Source of the DNA: Atribacterota bacterium
Lineage (GTDB): Bacteria > Atribacterota > Phoenicimicrobiia > Phoenicimicrobiales > Stramentimicrobiaceae
Direction of reading: 5' to 3'
Assembly (NCBI GenBank): GCA_040767965.1
Contig: JAXGNR010000004.1
Coordinates: 736,001 to 800,000 of the forward strand
Length of the DNA: 64,000 nt
A program made the translations under genes and the position numbers. The notes under the pieces were generated by a model. It searched no databases. It was not told the DNA's origin and was given only the letters and a program-made list of their open reading frames with translations. Positions 61,885 to 64,000 of the stretch are shown here, piece by piece; the first letter of the stretch is position 1, and every line of letters starts with the position of its first letter.

Positions 61885-62823
61885 TTATTTTACTAATTGT
61901 GTTAATTTTACTACTTCAATATTTTTTGAATAAAGCAGAGGGGTTACCTCTTCTAAAATATCTACTGTATTACAATATGGATGTCCAATCGCTATGGCAG
62001 ATCCATATTTTAAAGCTAAATCTATCAGTATTTCAAATTGTTTTCTTATGTAATCTAATTCCTGATTATTATCAAGAAATACTGAACGAAAAGCAGTTTC
62101 AACACCCATTTCTTTACCTAAAGCATACCCAATAGAATTGGGGCTGGTCATGCTGTCTACAAAAAACAAATTTTGATTTTTTATTTCTTGTAAAATAACT
62201 TTCATTACCTTTTCATTTTCAGTAACTTTTGATCCCATGTGATTATTCACTCCATCAACACCAGGCAAGTTATTCAAGTTTGCTAATAGTTTATTTTTTA
62301 TTTCTTCTTCAGTCATGTTTGAATAAATAGCGCCTTTCCCAGGGTTAATATTAGAATCATGCGGCTCCATTGGTAAATGCATCAATATTGTTATATTATT
62401 TTCTTTCGCCATTTTAAAAACAACCTGTGAGTAAGGTAAATATGGTAAAATAGAAAAAGCAACCGGGTAATCCAGGCTTAACAATCTTTCAGCTATTTCT
62501 ACTTGATACCCCAGGTCATCTATTATAATAGCAATTTTTGGTTTATCTGTTTTTACTTCTTTTTTTTCTTGTAAAAATCTTTCAATTAAAAGCTCTTCTT
62601 CTTTCTGATTAAAAATTTCATAAGGAAACTTTATCGGGATACTCTCAATGTTTCTTTCTTCAATTATTTGCTCCCGACTATTTATGGTTTGTTTGTTTTC
62701 AAAATCAACACTATTATGTTCTTTTATCCCATTTCCATCCAGGTGCAAAAAGATACCAAGTAACAATAGTAATATTATTGATAATAGGATTGAAAACGTG
62801 TAATTCCAAAGTTTTTTTTCCAT
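61885..62823 (-). CDS. Divergent polysaccharide deacetylase (YibQ/DUF610 family)
   Basis: TM anchor, IIIDDLG, HLPMEP, NNHMGS, FVDS, VFLD, AIGHP. Confidence 0.92.
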   Translation of the reverse strand: MEKKLWNYTFSILLSIILLLLLGIFLHLDGNGIKEHNSVDFENKQTINSREQIIEERNIESIPIKFPYEIFNQKEEELLIERFLQEKKEVKTDKPKIAIIIDDLGYQVEIAERLLSLDYPVAFSILPYLPYSQVVFKMAKENNITILMHLPMEPHDSNINPGKGAIYSNMTEEEIKNKLLANLNNLPGVDGVNNHMGSKVTENEKVMKVILQEIKNQNLFFVDSMTSPNSIGYALGKEMGVETAFRSVFLDNNQELDYIRKQFEILIDLALKYGSAIAIGHPYCNTVDILEEVTPLLYSKNIEVVKLTQLVK

Positions 62824-62843
62824 TTTATCTTATTTTATAACTA

Positions 62844-64000
62844 TTATTTTGTAGTTACATTCCCTTTCAGTAGATAGTCAATAGCTGCTTCCAACTGATA
62901 GTCATCATTATCATCATTTTGGCTTACTAATATGTTTGGTTCTATACCTATATTATTAATAACCCGACCAGAAGGAGTGTAATATTCTGAAGTAGATACC
63001 ATTACTGCTGAATCGTCAGCCAGGGTATATACTTGCTGAACCAATCCTTTCCCAAAAGTATTTTCCCCTAAAACAATACCCCTTCCCGAATCCTGAATAG
63101 CCCCGGCTACTATTTCAGAAGCACTGGCACTTCCAATATTTACCAGGACAATTACTGGCCATTGAGGATTATCATTGCCATAAGAATTATAAATTTTTAT
63201 TATATTATTTCTCCCTTTTATTCTCACTATCTCACCTTCATCAATAAACTGGCTCGCAACATCAATTGCTGAATCTAAAAGTCCTCCGGGATTATTCCTT
63301 AGATCAACTATAATTCCACTTAAAGAGGAATTTTTGTAGGAGTTCAATACCTGTTTTAATTCAGGACCAGTGTTAGCATTAAATGTTGATATTCTTATGT
63401 AAGCAATTCTCTCATCTTCAATAACCTTTTCCTTAACTGCTTCTACCATTATTGTATCCCTTATAATTTCTACTTCAAATAATTCATCAAATTTTTCTCT
63501 TTGTATAGTCAAAGTAACCAGGGTGCCTTTTTCTCCACGTAAAATATTAACCGCATCATCTAAGCTCATTGACTTGGTTGGTTCGCCATCTATCTGCATT
63601 ATATTGTCACCTGCTTTTATTCCTGCCTGGTAGGCAGGGGTATCTTCAATAGGAGAAATGACAGTCAATTGATTGTCAACAATAGTAACTATTATTCCTA
63701 ATCCGTCAAAATGTCCCATGAATAGATTTTCTCTTTCCCTTTGAAAGCTGATTGGGTCCAGGTATCTAGAATATGGATCATCTAATTCCAGCAACATTCC
63801 TTTAATTGCACCCTGAACTAATTGCTCTATATTAATATTTTTTTCTATATATTCACTTCTTACAATGCTGATAGCCTCAAAAAATGGCTCCAGATCATTA
63901 AAAATGCTGTCAGTTTGACTGGAAACTTTGTTATCATTAAACGGGTTGAGAATGATAACACCAATTATAAGAAAAAACAATACTGATAATATTAAATATT
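62844..64000 (-). CDS. ctpA: C-terminal processing peptidase S41 (CtpA/Prc), start beyond window
   Basis: DPYSRY, PDZ domain (GLGI, TPA..AGI), DLRNNPGG, SASASEI, TFGKG, GIEP. Confidence 0.94.
   Translation of the reverse strand, partial: YLILSVLFFLIIGVIILNPFNDNKVSSQTDSIFNDLEPFFEAISIVRSEYIEKNINIEQLVQGAIKGMLLELDDPYSRYLDPISFQRERENLFMGHFDGLGIIVTIVDNQLTVISPIEDTPAYQAGIKAGDNIMQIDGEPTKSMSLDDAVNILRGEKGTLVTLTIQREKFDELFEVEIIRDTIMVEAVKEKVIEDERIAYIRISTFNANTGPELKQVLNSYKNSSLSGIIVDLRNNPGGLLDSAIDVASQFIDEGEIVRIKGRNNIIKIYNSYGNDNPQWPVIVLVNIGSASASEIVAGAIQDSGRGIVLGENTFGKGLVQQVYTLADDSAVMVSTSEYYTPSGRVINNIGIEPNILVSQNDDNDDYQLEAAIDYLLKGNVTTK

Noticed and set aside
325-62135. Many short ORFs antisense to the called genes (e.g. 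2271-2708, 3890-4309, 17569-17991, 44127-44567, 57995-58321)
   Set aside because: Shadows of well-supported genes or the tmRNA; Ile/Phe/Ser-rich with no recognisable motifs.
1-64000. CRISPR arrays, IS elements, integrases, prophage or defence systems
   Set aside because: No spaced direct-repeat array and no transposase, recombinase or phage-like ORF seen.

Overview
AT-rich (roughly 30% GC by eye) bacterial chromosome segment with almost all genes on the minus strand. The gene order is Firmicutes-like and the metabolism anaerobic. An Atribacterota (JS1)-like origin is plausible but is inference only. Core genes: uvrBAC, coaE-polA, dnaE, fba with a PPi-type pfk, hflKC, rpoD-dnaG, recN-nadK-tlyA, smpB-tmRNA, sua5, gltX, ctpA and four tRNAs (Leu-CAA, Asn-GTT, Glu-CTC, Gln-CTG). 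There is a sigma54-driven bkdR/buk-ptb-buk/vor branched-chain 2-oxoacid operon and an accessory metabolic stretch at about 17-37 kb. Several zones (about 26.4-28.7, 34.2-35.9, 38.9-41.7 and 56.2-57.7 kb) are dense in frameshifts that also break the essential dnaG, so they look like consensus errors. Top observations: (1) an unannotated 22-24-codon micro-lipoprotein ORF ending LAGC-G-TGA-A-TAA-TAA, with a SECIS-like hairpin just after the TGA and a tandem operator upstream, a candidate lipid-anchored seleno-peptide; (2) a GT2 + BshB1 + divergent BshC-like operon with no BshA in the window; (3) smpB whose stop codon lies inside the tmRNA 5' end; (4) an RNase HI / D-2-hydroxyacid dehydrogenase fusion. 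No CRISPR array, integrase or transposase was seen.
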